Shown: positions 60,196-64,000 of the stretch, piece after piece
How the letters are laid out: every line of letters starts with the position of its first letter
Numbering within the stretch: the first letter of the stretch is position 1
Assembly (NCBI GenBank): GCA_026025795.1
Contig: JAPEUG010000056.1
Location: forward strand, 1-64,000
Direction of reading: 5' to 3'
Length of the DNA stretch: 64,000 nucleotides
Origin: Thelocarpon superellum
Lineage: Eukaryota
Translations under genes and position numbers: made by a program
Notes under the pieces: model-generated
Database searches by the model: none
Seen by the model: the letters and a program-made list of their open reading frames with translations, nothing else
What the model was told of the DNA's origin: nothing

Positions 60196-61425
60196 ATGCC
60201 GACGGCGGTCCCAGCAAGCTTCCACGTTGTCCTCATCCTTCTTCTCACCCTCGCCCTCCCCATCACCACTCAAGCACAACACCAAACGCACGGAAGCGTG
60301 AATGTGTGGATGACGCAGCCACCAGCCGACGTGTCGTACGTGGGACCGGACAACGTGCTATGCGAGGACCTACCCGAAGGCTACTGCTGCAACAACTGGT
60401 GGGGCTTCGAAACCGTGCTCTTCACCGGCCTGACCTCGTCGGACTGGGGCATGACGTTCCGGCGGCAACCCAGCTGGAACCCGGGCGCCTGGTTCTCCGA
60501 CTTGGCGCAGCTCATGCACTCCCTCAACACCGAGGAAGAGAGCAGCACCAGTGCCAGCACCCGCGCCAATAGTGGAGGCGTGACCGGAGCACGCTTGCCG
60601 GGGGGAGAAGCAGGCGCAGCAGCAGCACGGGCCCGGCTCCGCGTCGTACCCGGCGCAGAGCCCGGCAAGAACCACAGTTCCAATCCCTGCTGGATGGGCC
60701 ACCTGCGCAACATCATGCGGGTGGGCGAGGGCCCGCAGTATCCAGACACCTTCCCGCCCAGCCGGGGGCTTATCATCTTCCCTGAACAGCTCGTCCACGG
60801 TGCCATGTGGGTCACTCATCGCGGAGACGTGCTCGATGTGATTTCGGGAACGATTGTCCGCGTAGGGGGGTCGTTGCTGTTTAACACGCCGATGGACTTT
60901 GCCGTTGCTTTCTGGCACAGTCTCATGGCGGAGAGGGCGGCGAGGTGGCAAGAAAGTATCATCGGTGTGGGACGCGGTCAATCTGCTCGACCGGGGACGG
61001 GAAGAGGGAGAGGGAGAGGGAGGGGAGGAAGGGGGGGCCGAGCGCACGCAGTGGCTACGGACCATAGCCAATGCGTCGCGAATCTATCGTCCTCCGCCAA
61101 CAGCAACTCCGCCATTAGCAGCGACGTATCAGAGGGATCCTGCGCCGCAGAGTCCAGCGACGGCAACACCACCACCACTGAAGGAGAAGGTGGAGGAGGA
61201 GGAGGAGGAGGAGGAGAAGGTGGAGGAGGAGGAGGAGAGACAAGGCAGGAAGCACACCTACACGCGATGCTGTCGCAAGAACCCGACCTAGGAATCCTCT
61301 ACCGCAATCCCTCCATCCTAAGCATCAACGGCACCAACTGGACGGACAGCGGGCGGAATGATCTCCGCTACTTTGATCCTGCCGGGACTTTGTTGGACTT
61401 TGGCGCGCTGTTTGCCCCGTCTTGA
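60196..61425 (+). CDS. Putative secreted protein of unknown function
   Basis: Signal-like MPTAVPASFHVVLILLLTLALPITTQA, a CEDLPEGYCC motif, RG- and Gly-rich linkers, and N-glycosylation sequons NGT/NWT. Intronless. Confidence 0.7.
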   Translation: MPTAVPASFHVVLILLLTLALPITTQAQHQTHGSVNVWMTQPPADVSYVGPDNVLCEDLPEGYCCNNWWGFETVLFTGLTSSDWGMTFRRQPSWNPGAWFSDLAQLMHSLNTEEESSTSASTRANSGGVTGARLPGGEAGAAAARARLRVVPGAEPGKNHSSNPCWMGHLRNIMRVGEGPQYPDTFPPSRGLIIFPEQLVHGAMWVTHRGDVLDVISGTIVRVGGSLLFNTPMDFAVAFWHSLMAERAARWQESIIGVGRGQSARPGTGRGRGRGRGGRGGRAHAVATDHSQCVANLSSSANSNSAISSDVSEGSCAAESSDGNTTTTEGEGGGGGGGGGEGGGGGGETRQEAHLHAMLSQEPDLGILYRNPSILSINGTNWTDSGRNDLRYFDPAGTLLDFGALFAPS

Positions 61426-61676
61426 AGCCCCGAATGCTTCCCCACCCCCCTCTCGTGGGTTCGCTCTTGGAGTCTTCTCTTGCATTCCTTCACACCTGAT
61501 GTATCTATCCATCTATGCGTACATGTATGAGTACTGGTACACCACCTGTCGTATTCCTGTCGTGTTCCATCGTGTCCCCGTCGCTTGCGTGTTCGTGTAC
61601 GGCCGTCGTCTCGTGTATCCATCTGACGTAGTCCGCGTCAGAAACCCAAGCTCGAGAATCAACATGCCGATAACCT

Positions 61677-64000
61677 TCACTCCAACCCAGTGGAGAGACC
61701 ACCGCCCTTTCCTCCAGAAACTACACCCCCAACCCCGCCCGTCTCCCATTCACCCAATATCTCGCCCAGCTTCGCAAACTTGACCGGTTTCGTCAGGAAC
61801 AGGTCCATCCCGCTGCTAAAAGCCTCCGATTGATCGTGTGACGATGCTAGACCCGTAAGCGCCACGATCAGAGAGGGTGATGGCGTTGGCGTGGGCGCTG
61901 ACGTGGCCCTCGTATGCTGCATCTGCTTCTCTCGTCGCTCCCGCTCAAGCCCCCGGATGGCTCGTGTCGCGCTTAACCCATCCATGACTGGCATCGAGAC
62001 ATCTAGTCGTGTCAGTCGATCTCGTCCTCCCCTCGAAGATCGATGCACGTACCCATGAAGATTATATCATAGCCCTCGGTCCGCTCCTTCACCGCATCCA
62101 CCGCTTGCTGCCCATCCTCGGCACTATCGACATGCCGGTACTTCCGCTTCTTCATGAATGTCTGCAGCAGCCTCAGGTTGATCGTATTGTCGTCCACGAG
62201 GAGAATCCTTGGCTCTCGACGTCCCTTGCCGGATGGTATATTGACATTGGAGTCTAGCGCTGGATGCGGACTTGATCGCGCCGGCAGATGATGATTGCTC
62301 GGTCGAGAGATGGAAATGATTCGCGGTAATCCTCGGGAGTCCGGAAATGGATATCCATCTGCCTCGGAACGTCGACCCGCCCGACTCGCAGCCTTGCGGG
62401 CCACCTCGATAGCCAGGCCCTCCTTGGCCAGCTGTGCATCACGCACGGACCATGCGAGAGGGCTCACGCGATCATCGGATGCCGAGGCTGTCCCTACCGC
62501 CCCACAAACGAGATTCATCCGGTGGATGCAATTCAACACAGCCTTGGCCATCTTGACCGCGCCAAAGGGATACGACATTCGCTCCACGATCCGTAAAGGC
62601 GGACTGGCGATACGTCCCGTGCTCCATCGCGCATTGTCCATGGAGACAATCAGGACGGCGGGCGGGGTGCGATCCACGGTCTTCAGGGCCTCCGCGGCAA
62701 AATAGCTTTCGCTTTCCGTCTCGTTGACCACGACCAGGTCTGGCGTCGAGGGTGATTCCATGGGTATCAGGTCAGATTGAAACCAGTCGACCAGATACGT
62801 CGTGAGCGACGTGACGACCAAAGGCGGAAACGCGTGCACCTGCACTGCGAGTCGTCGCTGTCGTAGCTCCGGCACGGCCCGCTCCAACATCGTGTGAGTC
62901 GCCATCGGTCCCGGCGTGGCGGACGTGGTGCGTGTCATGGGGATGCTGACCTTGACCTGGGTCCCTCGACCCTCCTGACTCTTGACGTCAATCTGCCCGC
63001 CCAAGAGACGGACGAGATCCTTGACGATGGACAGACCCAACCCGACGCCAGTCGACGACACGGCATTCTCTTGCGCAAACGGAGAGAACAGCCGCGTCTG
63101 GAGAAATTCCCTCGAGATGCCTCTTCCAGTATCCTCCACCGTAAAGACCACCACGACAGGAGATACGCTCAGATCATCGTCGTCGTCCCCGGGCGCCAAG
63201 CTTGACCTGGGTCCGTCCACGCCGCCATCTTCAGCTTGCAGCTTGACCTGGATCGAGCCTCGCTGCGAATACTTAAGCGCATTCCCGACGATGTTCATCA
63301 TGATCCGTCGGAGTGCACCAGGCTGAGTGATGAAGTTCCAATTCTCTCGGAATTCTGTGTTCAGTACCACGAGCAAGCGCGGGCCCTCGGTCTCGATTGG
63401 AGCTCCTGCGACGCCTTCAATGGTGACCTTGCTGCTTCTGGGACGAGGCTCATCATGAGTGGAGGCTGGGGTGGCGTGGAGAATGTCGTGCGAGTAAAAG
63501 TGTGCGCCTTCAACCATCTCCACGATCTCTTCGCACAACACGGCAAGATTGGTGGGGGCATAGAGACTGTGCAGCTCGTCGGTCTGACCTGTTGCGCTGT
63601 TCTCGGAGATCGTCGCAGGAGGGTGATGCCTCCCCAAACGAGTCTGTTTCTGCTTGAGATTGTTGACCTTGGCATAGGCCAAGACGCTAGTAAGGGTCTC
63701 ATGCAGCGTCGATCCACAGGCATGCACGGAATCGACCAGGCCACGCTGAAAGCTGTCCAACGACGTATCCGATAGGAAATTGACGGCGCCCAGAATCCCG
63801 TGCTAGAGAGGAAGAGAGTATGAGCAGGGTGCCGTCGGTGTGACGTGCGACAACGTACCAGAGGAGATCGCAGCTCATGCGAGATGCTCGAGATGAATGA
63901 CGTGGTTTGCCGATCGACCGCGAGGGCCTTGACGCGCGAGACCTCCGCGCTAACGCTGTTCATGAAGGCGCGAAGATAGGCCAGGTCGATCTCGGCCGTC
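61677..64000 (-). CDS. Hybrid sensor histidine kinase (HisKA-HATPase-receiver), 5' part outside window
   Basis: H-box FISSISHELRSPL^HGILG, N-box MNIVGNALKY, G boxes VEDTGRGI and GVGLGLSIV, and receiver ILLVDDN..IFM^DVSMPVMDG..FLTKPV. Confidence 0.93.

Noticed and set aside
59862..60572. 236-aa ORF with a poly-Leu/Phe hydrophobic N-terminus
   Set aside because: Artefact of the CTT-rich tract; it overlaps the better-supported secreted ORF in another frame.

Overview
A gene-dense, GC-rich window from a filamentous ascomycete (Pezizomycotina-type short GT-AG introns with CTRAC branch points). It holds about 27 protein-coding genes. Most are housekeeping: a CRIB protein, alpha-actinin, Cla4, Sec12-like, Rpf1, GlyRS, Sec72, Caf1, Arb1, cyclin H, NIPA, WDR70, a BTB protein, GST, Prp18, Sap18, a PHD protein and a partial hybrid histidine kinase. 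Two small complex I subunit genes are present, and NDUFB3 is missed by the ORF track. The main accessory element is a three-gene mycosporine (UV sunscreen) cluster at about 21.6-27.9 kb: ATP-grasp MysC, DDGS MysA and O-methyltransferase MysB. It is bordered by an intron-containing tRNA-Met(CAT) and a LaeA-like methyltransferase. Other points of interest are a GlyRS that appears mitochondrion-only, an F-box-like orphan, a secreted Cys-motif orphan and NG/NGH-rich tails on two unrelated proteins. No transposon or CRISPR array was seen. All calls come from reading the sequence by eye; no database searches were run.
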